Positions 36,451 through 47,604 of a stretch of DNA of 64,000 nt are shown here, piece after piece (position 1 is the first letter of the stretch; each line of letters opens with the position of its first letter). This stretch comes from Podarcis muralis. Its lineage: Eukaryota. The position numbers were made by a program, and so were the translations under genes. The notes under the pieces are model-generated. The model saw only the letters and a list, made by a program, of their open reading frames with translations. It did not search any database and was not told where the DNA came from. The stretch spans positions 114,514,001-114,578,000 of the forward strand of contig NC_135656.1 of the NCBI RefSeq assembly GCF_964188315.1. Reading direction: 5' to 3'.

Positions 36451-36461
36451 GAAAGTGAAAT
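36451..36461 (+). promoter_or_regulatory. ISRE/IRF-E-like motif with an upstream CCAAT box
   Basis: GAAAGTGAAAT; paralogous to 25489. Confidence 0.55.
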
Positions 36462-36609
36462 GAAGAGTTAGTTTCTCTGGAAGGATGTGGAAATGCTTAA
36501 TGCTGAACAGCTTTTACCTTACAGACATTTTTTCATTCCCCAGTCCCTTCACATTCTACTGCCATCCTGCAGCCACCTCTCATCTCAACAAAGCCAGACA
36601 CTCTTGATC

Positions 36610-37011
36610 ATGGCCTCAGCACCACCATCCATGAACATAAAAGAGGAAGTCTTGTGCCCCATCTGCAAGGACCTCCTGACAGACCCTGTGACCTTGAACT
36701 GTGGCCACAACTTCTGCCGAGGCTGCATCACCAAGCACTGTGAGGTACGGGATGAAATTGACATGGGGGACTGCAACTGTCCCGTCTGCATGGACAAGAT
36801 CCGGAACAGGAATTTCTGCCCCAATTGGCAGCTGGCAAATGTAGTAGAAAGAATTGAACTCCAGGGAAAGGAACTATTCGAGAAGCACAAAGAAAATCTC
36901 CACCTGTTCTGCAAAGAAGATGAAGAATTGGTGTGTTTGGTTTGTGAGCGATGCCCAGAACACAAATCACACACTGTGGTCATCAAGGAAGAGGCTGCCC
37001 AGGAATACAAG
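36610..37011 (+). CDS. Orphan TRIM exon 1 (TRIM-B): RING + altered B-box, no downstream exons of its own
   Basis: 402 nt, intact RING and donor AAG|gtagga; paralog of 25638-26051; first B-box Cys replaced by Phe; exons 2-4 absent. Confidence 0.7.
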
Positions 37012-38299
37012 GTAGGAGTTTTTTTGACACTTGCTAACACAATCCTTTCATATCTGTATGTGTGCAAAATATGCTTTCAACATAGCAGCAATGCAAACAT
37101 AAATTGTGAATCTGACCTAAATGAGAATCAAAAATTGGGCTCCATCTCTGTGCTATTCAAAACAAAACATAAACTTTGTTCTGCTTCAAAAGGATCCTTT
37201 AAAAATGTATTTTGTTTTTAAGAGCACTATTTATGTGGAAATACTGGCTCAGGCTTTGAGAATAGTGGCTCTATGGCAGAAGATACTTATGTTCACAAAG
37301 CAAAATACCACCAAGCTCAGGTGCAGCTATTCAGGTGCCACTAGGAGAAAACTTTTGTACTCCCACACAAAAAGAGAAAGTGACTTTCTCTGGAGAAACT
37401 GATGCCTTGATTCCTATCTAGACTGGCCACTGTTGTCACTCTAGGAGCAAACTCACGATGTCTGCCCCACTCAGTCCCCTAGGGACCAGAAGTTACTGAC
37501 CATATCCTAGATGCAATATGTAACTTCAAGGTCATCCTCAGCTTCATGACAGAGAATATCAGGAGCATTTGACTTTTACCAACAGCAACAACCACCCTCT
37601 TCTTTTTTATGATAATTTTTATTGAAATTTTCAGTTACATATCCACCATTATTATTGACTTCCCATTGACTTCCCTTCTCCTCCTCCCATGGTTCTTTTA
37701 ATTTTCCCATTATTATGACATATTCCATTACAACCTTTCTATATTACCTCATTTTACTTTATACTGTTGAATTTACCTTAATCCAGCTATTATTATTATT
37801 ATTATTATTTATAATTTTGTACCCCACTCATCTGGCTGGGTTTCCCCATCCACTCTGGGCGGCTCTCAACAAAACACTCAAAACAAGATAAAACATCAAG
37901 CATTAAAAACTTCCCTAAACAGGGTTGCCTTAAGATTTCTTCTAAAAGTCAGATATTTCTTTATCTCCTTGACATCTGAAGGGAGGGCGTTCCACAGGGC
38001 GGGCGCTGCTACCAAGAAGGCCTTCTGCCTGCTTCTCTGTAACCTCACTTCTCGCTGTGAGGCAACCGCCAGAAGGCATTTTCACTTGTTTACATTTTCA
38101 AATAGGGATGGTTGCTAATTGTAAAAATTAAAAACGACAGCCATCCTCTTCTACACACCTCTTCCCTTGGGCACATGGATTTTCTTGAAGCAGCCTCTGT
38201 TGCTCCATGACGTCAATGACTTTGTTAATTTTATTAATTTCTGAGAGTATTCTCACATTGCCCTCTCATAAAACATCCTGGTAGTTGCCATATATCTAA

Positions 38300-38663
38300 A
38301 AGGTAAAGGTAAAGGTACCCCTGCCCGTACGGGCCAGTCTTGACAGACTCTGGGGTTGGTGCGCCCATCTCACTCTATAGGCCGGGGGCCAGCGCTGTCC
38401 GGAGACACTTCCGGGTCACGTGGCCAGCGTGACATCGCTGCTCTGGCGAGCCAGAGCCGCACACGGAAACGCCGTTTACCTTCCCGCTAGTAAGCGGTCC
38501 CTATTTATCTACTTGCACCCGGGGGTGCTTTCGAACTGCTAGGTTGGCAGGCGCTGGGACCGAGCAACGGGAGCGCACCCCACCACGGGGATTCGAACCG
38601 CCAACCTTTCGATCGGCAAGCCCTAGAAGCTGAGGCTTTTACCCACAGCGCCACCCGCGTCCC
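38300..38663 (-). mobile_element. Sauria-type SINE
   Basis: TSD gccatatatctaa. Confidence 0.9.
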
Positions 38664-38868
38664 GCCATATATCTAAGACCATAAAATTCCTATCACAGTA
38701 GTATGCAACAATATAAGAGCATTAAAAACAATATAATAATTGAAACAATACTCTGGAAACTTTTAAGCAACTGCATAGGGTTGTCAGCTTGCACGCACAC
38801 ACAAATCATGTGAGCACTGAGAATCTGAGTGATTTCCAGGAAGGAAACGCCCAGTGAGCGAAAACTGA

Positions 38869-38880
38869 GAAAGTGAAACT
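38869..38880 (+). promoter_or_regulatory. ISRE (GAAAGTGAAACT)
   Basis: Matches GAAANNGAAACT; 18 bp upstream of the TRIM-C ATG. Confidence 0.65.
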
Positions 38881-38898
38881 AAACTCCGTCTCTCCGCC

Positions 38899-39312
38899 AT
38901 GGCTGCTGCTGCTGAGAGCCCCGTGAAGGATCTCTGCGATGAAGCCACTTGCTCCATCTGCCTGGAGTATTTCAAGGATCCAGTGACCATCGCAGAGTGT
39001 GGGCACAATTTCTGCCGATCCTGCCTGATCCAGTGCTGGGGAGGGGGAGCCACACGAGCTTCCTGCCCTCACTGCAGACAAACAGTCCGGCCAAAGAATC
39101 TCATCCCCAATCGGCAGCTGGCTAACTTTGTGGAAATAACCAAGAAGCTCAGTCTTCGCGGGGAGAAGGAGAGAGTCTGCGAAAAACACAAGGAGCTTCT
39201 GAAGCTCTTCTGCAAAGACCACGAAACCCCCATTTGTGTGGTGTGTGACAGATCCAGGGAGCATGAACGGCACAAAGTGATCCCCCTGGAGGAGGCTTCT
39301 GAGGAGTACAAG
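38899..39312 (+). CDS. TRIM-C (TRIM27/39-like) exon 1: RING + B-box2
   Basis: CSICLEYFKDPV...CGHNFC..C...CPHC; CEKH...FCKD...ICVVC.....H..H; donor AAG|gtagga; 414 nt. Confidence 0.95.
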
Positions 39313-39627
39313 GTAGGAAATCAAGGTGGATCTTGATTGGGGCTGGGGGGGGATAACTGTGATTCATTGAGGCTATAATGCTTCTGAACACCAGTTGCAT
39401 GAATACTATTTACATGACTGATGTTTGTTATGTAAATTGCATGACAACTGCCTCCCCCACCTCCCAATTCAGATCCAAGATGATAAAAGCCCAGAAAGGC
39501 CAGGGCAGATTTCAAAAACTAGAAGCTAGGTATCAGATATCAAGGATTAGAACGTCAGAGCAATTGCTACATAAAAAGGCTAATATCAGGACCACTGGCC
39601 ACTAGAAATAGGCAGGATATTCAACTC

Positions 39628-39631
<4 letters not shown>

Positions 39632-39676
<45 letters not shown>

Positions 39677-39705
39677 TGTCTGTCTGTCTGTCTGTCTGTG
39701 TCTGT
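39632..39705. repeat. (TG)n(TCTG)n microsatellite
   Basis: Seen directly. Confidence 0.95.
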
Positions 39706-39739
39706 CTCATTCAAACCTGAGGTTTTGTTTTCCCTTTAG

Positions 39740-39835
39740 GGCTTGATCCGTAGCCACCTGAAGAATCTGAGGAAAGAGAGAGAAGCTATTCTGGCATACC
39801 AAGCAGATGTGGAGGAGAAAAGCCAAGACCTCCTT
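39740..39835 (+). CDS. TRIM-C exon 2
   Basis: 96 nt, phase 0-0. Confidence 0.9.
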
Positions 39836-40417
39836 GTAAGTGTCTCTATTAATTTAATAGGATGGGAAGAAGTATCCAAGTCATGGCTGAGGAGGGATTG
39901 GAAAATCTGTCCATTTAAGCTTCTCTCCATTTCTCATTCTTCCAAACTTCAGTTCAGTTCTACACAATTTCCACATCAGTTTGCATGTTGTTGTTGTTTT
40001 TTAAAAAAATCCTAAATAAAATTCACCAGTATTTTAGTGTGAATTTCCATGTGTGTTCTATACTTATTTTGGCAAAGCAATTTCCCCTAATATAATTCAT
40101 TTTCTATATTATTTTCATGAAGAAATGCCTTATAAAGCAGGGAATCAGCAGCCCTGTGACTTTAAAATAAACATGTTAGCCTCTGCCATTTCTATGAAAT
40201 GAAAGTTGCCAGTCTAAACTAAGGAAAGAGCGTTTTGTGTCCATGGGGACTGGCTGAACATTTTTTTATCTCTGATTATGGTGGATGTTGATTTCATGCC
40301 TAGAAACAGTCAGATATGCCCTTCCTGTGGAAATCTCATAACTCTCCTAATGTTGTAGAAGCTGACCAAGTTCTTATTTCTGCCTCCTCTTTTCCTCTTT
40401 CTATCTGCTTCTTGCAG

Positions 40418-40648
40418 AAATTAACAGAAAAGGAGAGGCTGAAGACTGTGGAGAAGTTCAGACAACTGCACCAGTTTCTGGAAGAGCAAGAAAAACAACT
40501 ACTGAATCAGATTGAAGAGGCGGAGAAGGACATTGCAAGGAAAAGGGATGAGCACCTGGCCAGACTCTCCGGAAAACTCTCCTCTCTTGAAAATATCATC
40601 AAGGAGATGAAGGAGAAAAGTGAGAAGCCAGCGATTCAACTCCTGCAG
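40418..40648 (+). CDS. TRIM-C exon 3
   Basis: 231 nt coiled-coil exon. Confidence 0.92.
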
Positions 40649-41403
40649 GTAAGACTGTGGCAGAAACAGTAAATAGCTCCACATCAGGGCAAGGTTCCCT
40701 GCAAACCTTTATCTTCCTCCTTCATCCGTAAAGGGGCTCAGTTTATAGTGTCTCTAATCAAGTCTCTTGTGTACAGGAGCATCCAAGAGAACTGGGATGG
40801 TTTGCTCACATTACTGCAGACTAGAGAACCTAATTTTCTGTTGATGGAAACAGATGCTGTTTTCTGCCTTTTGCTGAGGATTTGCCTGCTAACTCCTTCC
40901 AGCCTGGCAGTGCTGCCTTTGTGCCCTGTGTTGATCTTCCCAGAGGCTGTTCTCTGGCTACCTTAGAGCTAAAGAAAAATAAAGTTAAGGAGAAGTCTGT
41001 CTGTCTCTCTCTCTCTCTGATCTAAATTCACACCCAAAATTTTCTGATTTATCCTTTCCTCTCAGTTCTGTACTGGCATTTGGGCCTATTTTAGTCATGA
41101 GTCTTGACCAAACTTTTCTTCTATTCCACACCACAGTTTCTGGGGTAATCACCTTCACCATGCATGTAGAATTGCCTAAAACGGAGCTCAGTAACATTGA
41201 CCAAAGAAAGAGAGGGATAGAGAAGTTGGGCAGCATGGACTGTCGTCCGATGGGACACAGAGCAGGGCTTGAATTTTGGAACTTAAAATTGGAAAAATAA
41301 AATTGATAGAATGGGCCAGAGGGCATCCATTCCAGGATATGAAGAGGGTCTTCGTAGAGCGGCCTGTGGTAGACAGTGAATTCCATTCTCTTTTCCCTTC
41401 TAG

Positions 41404-41426
41404 GATGTGCGAAGGACTTTGCAGAG
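41404..41426 (+). CDS. TRIM-C exon 4 (23 nt)
   Basis: ttctag|GATGTGCGAAGGACTTTGCAGAG|gtaagt. Confidence 0.9.
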
Positions 41427-41671
41427 GTAAGTGGATCCTGCTCATTTTCATTAGCATCACTGTGTGGAAAGGAAGGTCCCAAGAGGAAAGTAGATGGAAA
41501 CTGGTCTTTAAGGGGCTCCTGGGGGAGAGACTGTGGGATGCCACAACATACAGTGTTGAAATTGTGCCCCTCTAGGGGTGGGAAAGAAAAAACGTTGAGA
41601 TATTTCATCCTTGTTGAGAGTTTGGGTGCGAATTGTGCCTGGCAGGTTTTTAATGTAGGTATCTACTAGTT

Positions 41672-42025
41672 GGGGACGCGGGTGGCGCTATGGGTTAAAC
41701 CACAGAGCCTAGAACTTGCCAGTTAGAAGGTTGGCGGTTCAAATCCCCGCAACGGGGTGAGCTCCCATTGCTCGGTTTCTGCTCCTGCCAACCTAGCAGT
41801 TCGAAACACGTCAAAGTGCAAGTAGATAAATAGGTACCGCTCCGGCAGGAAGGTAAACGGTGTTTCCGTGAGCTGCTCTGGTTCGCCAGAAGAGGCTTAG
41901 TCATGCTGGCCACATGACCTGGAAGCTGTACGCTGGCTCCCTTGGCCAATAAAGTGAGATGAGCGTCGCAACCCCAGAGTCGGTCACGAGTGGACCGAAT
42001 GGTCAGGGGTCCCTTTACCTTTACC
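41672..42025 (+). mobile_element. Sauria-type SINE
   Basis: Full-length family sequence. Confidence 0.9.
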
Positions 42026-42225
42026 TATTTACTAGCTGATAGCATTTAAACATTGGGGAGATGTTTCAGCCATAGAGATTTAGTGAATCTGATGAAATCC
42101 TAGACGCTCTTGTGGATTTTAGGGCTGGCACGGCTGACACTCTTGTCAAGGATCCCATCACACACTGGAATGGCGAGATGTGCAAAACCTCCTCCACTCT
42201 GTGCCCCGTTGTTTTTCTTCACCAG

Positions 42226-42344
42226 GTATGAGCAAAGAGAGAGATTGGAGAATTCAGCTGCTTTCCCTCAAGAGCTGAAGAGGAGGATCTTGGAATTTTG
42301 TGACATAAATCCACTTCTGGAGGGTGTCGTGAAGCAATTCAAAG
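42226..42344 (+). CDS. TRIM-C exon 5 (119 nt)
   Basis: YEQRERLENSAAFPQELKRRILEFCDINPLLEGVVKQFK; phase 2-1. Confidence 0.9.
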
Positions 42345-42704
42345 GTATAGAAGAATGGCTGTGATGATTTTACCCCAGGCATTATATTAGTCCATAGCTC
42401 TCATTGTATTCTGTTTTGGCCACAGACAGGGTAGCACAATCATCTCTTCCATCTTGGTGGCATTGCTGCCACTAGCTTCCCCCAGAATGCCCCATATGCA
42501 TTGGCTGATTGACATCCAATGCCCTTTTGAAATGTGTTGGGATTATTGGGTTGTTTTTGTTTTGTTCTTGATTTTGTGTTTTTATACTGTGTTTTTATCT
42601 TATGAACAGCTATGAGACCTAAGGGTATACGGCGGTATACAAATTTAATAAATAATAATACTAATTGTCACTCATGGGGCACAGGGGTGCTGGTGGGAGA
42701 TATA

Positions 42705-43162
42705 TAGTGGTGCCTCGGGAGTTGAATGGAATCCATTCAACTTCCAAAACATTTGGAAACCAAAGCGCAGGAAACTCCTGCAGTCAATCATAAGCCACAG
42801 AAGCCCCATCAGACGTTCAGGTTCCAAAGAATGTTCACAAACACACTTACTTCTGGGTTTGCAGTGTTTGGGAGCCAAAACGTCCAAGTACCAGGGTGTT
42901 TGGGATCCAAAGTACGACTGTATAGTGGTACCTCGGGATGCGAACGGGATCCATTCCGGAGCCCCGTTCACATCCTGAAGAGAATGTAAGACACAACTGT
43001 GTGGGTCACATTTTGCCGCTTCCGCGCATGCGCGTGACGTCATTTTGACCGTCTGCGCAAGTGGCAAAACCCGGAAGTAACGCTCTCTGTTACTTCCAGG
43101 TCGCTGCGGAGCGCAACCCAAAAATACTTATTCTGAAGCACATTTATCCCGAGGTATGACTG
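42705..43162. mobile_element. Two adjacent Tc1/mariner-type MITEs sharing a TA (42921-42922)
   Basis: Paired tagtggt.cctc / g.gg(t/a)..gactg termini. Confidence 0.75.
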
Positions 43163-44529
43163 TACTGTATCTTGGCCACCACAAATAAAGGCACCAGGGT
43201 CTATAGTAAAGCCAGGATTTTCTATTCTGCTGTTCATTGGTTTACAATTATACAGTAACTTCCTTTCATTTTTTTGCCCATCAACACAATCTGGAGAGGT
43301 CCTTTTGGAAGTTCTCAAACTCTGCTTGGGTTTTGCCATCTGGAAGTGCATTGAAAAGGGCATCAACAATCACCCAGTTCCTCCACTGCTGACTGAGCCT
43401 TGTTGTCTCCCAGCAGTGGAGTAACATCCTGAGCCATCTCCTCCTTAGATTTCCACCTGCAGCTGCCAAATGTAGGGAGGCAACCATCTTAATACCTCAA
43501 GAGTTCAACTAAATAAGATTGGCGACTTAAGTTGACAGAATATGCACAACTTGCAGGCTTAACATATAGAATAAGAGAACAAGAAGAAAGTACGTTTAGA
43601 GAAGATTGGGAAACGTTTATTGAATATATGGGAAATAAATGTGTACAGCTGAAAACTCTGGCAGCATTAAGATAAATTCAACAGTGTAAATAAGTTTTGA
43701 TGGATGTAATAATGGAAAACTGATTGGTATAGTTTTTGTAAAATATGCAGGGATATATGTAAATTGAACCATGGAAGTAGAAGAAGGGAATTCCTTGATA
43801 TCTTAAGTATGTAAAATGTTTATCTGAAATTGTAAAACAGAAAATTTAATAAAAATATTTTTAAAAAATAATACCTCAAGAGTTCCCAAAATCTTGCAAG
43901 ATCGGAGGGTCAGGGCATGAATAATAACAGCCTCTGCCTAAATGTTTGTTAACAGTCTGAAATAATTTCAAAGGTTTGGTAAGGCAGGACCTCTAGTTTC
44001 ATGAGAGCTCTGCTAATTTTTCCTCCGCAGATTTGATATATCACTGTGTTTAACAATTCCCCTAAGACAGGGATAAACCCCAAGAATACAGATGTCTAAC
44101 CATTCCAACTTCAGCTATTTTTTCACCAGTTTCATAGGAGCAGATGTTAATCTGCATCCAGTTGTCCTCTGTGCCCTTTTAAAAGATTGGCATTGTTCTG
44201 ATGATCCTTCAGTCCTCCACAACAGTCAGCTAATTCAGGAACGAACTTCAGTGATGGATGCTGAAGGATTTTAAGGTGTTTTTTTAATATAGTCCCTCAC
44301 ATGTTTTTCCCCTCTAGACTTGCAGGTTCGACTTTTCTGATTTTGATAGTTTAATTTTTTTAATCTATTCTTCATATGATTTCCTTTTTCTTTTTTAAAA
44401 TTGTTTGCTCTACTACTTAGTATTAAAGAAACAATAGATGCTATGGTTATGAAATGATATTTTAGTAACAAGGTTTATTTGAGGTACAACACTGTCGTGC
44501 TAAAGCTTCATATCTTTTTGCTTCTTCAG

Positions 44530-44562
44530 ATGCCCAGTTACTCAGACAGCAGCTTTGGAAAG
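44530..44562 (+). CDS. TRIM-C exon 6 (33 nt)
   Basis: ttcttcag|AT GCC...AAA G|gtaaaa; phase 1-1. Confidence 0.82.
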
Positions 44563-45519
44563 GTAAAATACCAAATTCACAGGAGAGGCTGGGGAGTGGT
44601 ATTTCATGGGGCTTAAACAGCCTGTCCTGCAGACTTTAGATCCATCAATAGCTTTGTAGCACTATAGCAATGTTTAGATTATTCATATGTACAACTGTAG
44701 CTTTTACTTTTTGTATGTTTTAAATTACTGTTGAAATCTTTTTTAGCGATAATTTTATTTTATCTTTTTCGTAAACCAGTTTGAGGTATTTTAAAGTGGT
44801 ACATAATTTTTTGTGAAATAAATAAATTAATTAAACAAAAAATGCACAGAATAAAAGGAGTGCCCTGACAGATATAGCATTAATCCTGTAATAAGATTCA
44901 AAATGCAATAAGGTTCAAAACACCACTACATTTCTTACACAGAAAAGTCACCTTGTAGAAAGCTCAGTTGCAAATTATGAAGTCAAAATTCACTATTGTT
45001 TTCATAATTATTGATCCACATTGATACCCCTAATTCTGTCTCCACTTGAGCCAGAATTAACTAATGAGTCTAAACTGCTACTGTCCCCTCCTCTAACCAT
45101 AGTGAGGAAATAAAGATTTTATGGCTGTTCGCTACTTACCTGCTTGCCCCCTCACAGAAATCCAAAATGGTGAAAAGTGGGTGAATTCTCCCCACCCCTA
45201 AACTCGCATATTCCACTCTTCTCTCATACAGAAAAGCTGAGTAAATGTTTTCCAGACAGTTTTCCTTCTTGTCCCAAACTACCAGGACAGAATATGTGGA
45301 ATACTAAGAACAAAATCCTGATTTGAAATCCAAAAGGAAATGTTTTTATTGTGAGCAAAGTCGGGAAGCAAAATATGGCTCCCCCAATTCTAAATGCAGT
45401 GCCAGGAAATCCTGTTGATTTGAGAGGGAATGTGCTTCCTGGGGTGTTTCTTGGATCACGACACCAGGTGATTCTTCCTCTCTTCTCTTTTTCTTCATTG
45501 CCCCCCTGCCCTTCAACAG

Positions 45520-45900
45520 CAAACATCACTATGGGTCAGAAAGCAGCAGCTCATCCCTCCGAGGATCGTAAACATGTGAAATGCGGACACAAAAGTCAAG
45601 ACCTGTTGAACAATCCTGAGAGACTCAACCTTCTCCATTCTGCGCTGAAATGTAAGGGATTCACAGGAGCCACACATTTTGGGGAAGGATGGGCTGTGGG
45701 GATCATCAGGAAGTCTGTGACAGGAAAGGACTCAAGTCCTGAGGGAGGGATCTGGGCTGTGGGGAAGTCGGGAGGTGAGTACAGGATCTCCAACCTGCCT
45801 GGTGGTCCTCTGCTGTCCCTGAATGGGACGCCCAACTGAATATGAGTGACTCTGAATTATGGAGGGAAGGTGTTTTTATTTAATGCTGATCTGTGCATTT
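45520..45900 (+). pseudogene. Decayed PRY/SPRY exon copy inside the last intron of TRIM-C
   Basis: Intact acceptor ccttcaacag|CA AAC; ANIT...SEDRK...NNPERL...EGGIWAVGK..GEY; in-frame deletions, TGA at 45837-45839 and a second TGA two codons later. Confidence 0.85.
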
Positions 45901-46059
45901 TCATTCTCTGGTGTGACCCCCACCACCACCACCACACACACTTTGACTGTGGAGAAATAAAACCCACCTCATATTTGCTTAAGTCTTATAGATTTGAGAG
46001 GGAAACTGGTTCCTGGCATCTGTCTTGGATCAGAGGTCCTTTGACTGGATCGGGACAAT

Positions 46060-46950
46060 ATGGGATTGGGGGGGGCAACTCCCATCTCTTGCGGGGGTGC
46101 AATTAGTGCCAGCACCGTCCGTTAAGAGTTTGGGTGCAATCTTCGACACCTCCCTTTCCATTGGAGGCGCAGATTGCAGCTATAACAAAGGCGGCATTTT
46201 TTCATCTCCGCCAAGCTAAGCAGTTGGCTCCTTACCTCTCTCGCCCTGACCTAGCCACTGTGATCCACGCAATGGTCACCTCCAGACTTGATTTTTGTAA
46301 CTCACTCAACGTCAGGCTCCCCTTGAGACTGACCTAGAAACTCCAGCGGGTGCAGAATACCACGGCAAAACTCGTTAAGGGGTCCTCGCTGCAGGATCAC
46401 ATTCACCCGGTGCTATACCAGCTGCACTGGATCCTGGTGGAGTACAGGATCAGGTTTAAGGTGCTGGTTTTAACCTTTAAAGACCTATACGGCCTAGGAC
46501 CCTTGTACCTACGGGACCGCCTCTCCTGGTATGCCCCACAGAGAAACTTACGGTCTTCAAATAAAAACATCTTGGAGATCCCAGGCCTCAGGGAGATTAG
46601 GCTGGCCTTAACCAAAGCCAGGGCTTTTTCGGCTGTGGCCCCGATCTGGTGGAACGCTCTGTCACCAGAGACTAGGGCGCTGTGGGACTTGACATCTTTC
46701 CGCAGGGCCTGCAAGACAGAGCTGTTCCACCAGGCCTTTGGCCAAGGCACAGTCTGACCCCCTCCTTTGGCAATCCTCACAGAACTGTAGCCCAATGGTT
46801 GCCATTAATTGATTCTGAATTGTTTTTAGAATGAATTGATTTTAGAATGTATTTCAATTAATTGATTGTGATTTTGTGTAAACTGTGTTATTTTTACTGT
46901 TGTTAGCCGCTCTGAGCCCGGCTTTGGCTGGGGAGGGCGGGATATAAATA
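46060..46950 (+). mobile_element. L2-like LINE 3' portion with RT C-terminal remnant
   Basis: AFFHLRQAKQLAPYLSRPDLATVIHAMVTSRLDFCNSL..LP; HIHPVLYQLHW..VEYRIRFKVLVLTFK; followed by a (TTA)n tail. Confidence 0.85.
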
Positions 46951-46955
46951 AGAAA

Positions 46956-46956
<1 letters not shown>

Positions 46957-47006
<50 letters not shown>

Positions 47007-47020
47007 CATCATCATCATCA
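46957..47020. repeat. (TTA)n(TCA)n microsatellite
   Basis: Seen directly. Confidence 0.95.
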
Positions 47021-47086
47021 GGATGTCCGTCTCTGTCTCAGCTCATTCTGCCTCTCTTCCCTTTTCCTCACCTTCCCTCAAAACAG

Positions 47087-47604
47087 CAAATGTCACTCTT
47101 GATCCAGACACGGCTAATCGTATTCTTGCCCTCTCCGAGGATCGCAAAAGCGTGAGATTGGGAGCCCCACGTCAAGACCTGCCCGACAATCCCGAGAGAT
47201 TCGACACAGTTATTTCCGTGCTGGGAAGGGAGGGATTTGCAGCAGGCAGGCATTTTTGGGAGGTCATTGTAGAAAGAGAAGGAGAATGGGCAGTGGGGGT
47301 CACCAGGAAGTCACTGAGGAGAAAGGGCTCCTTTCACTTAAGTTCCGAGGAAGGGATCTGGGCTGTGGGGAGGTGGGGAGGAGAGTACAAGGCCTTTGAC
47401 CCCCCTGATGTCCCTTTTCTCTTCCTGAGACGGGAGCTCAAGAGGATCCAAGTGTTTCTGAATTATGAAGCAGGGGAAGTGACTTTTCTCAATGCCAATT
47501 CAGGAGCCCCTCTCTACACGTTCTCAGGAGCCTCATTCTCTGGAGAGACCCTCCTCCCTTTCTTCTATCTGTGGGGAGAGAAAACCCACCTCAAAATTGC
47601 CTGA
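47087..47604 (+). CDS. TRIM-C exon 7: intact PRY/SPRY (B30.2)
   Basis: ANVTLDPDTANRILALSEDRKSV...LPDNPERFD...VLGREGF.AGRHFWEV...WAVGV; total CDS 1434 nt = 477 aa. Confidence 0.95.

Noticed and set aside
40985-41608. 207-aa minus-strand ORF within a TRIM-C intron
   Set aside because: No recognisable domain; spans intron, the antisense of exon 4 and a microsatellite
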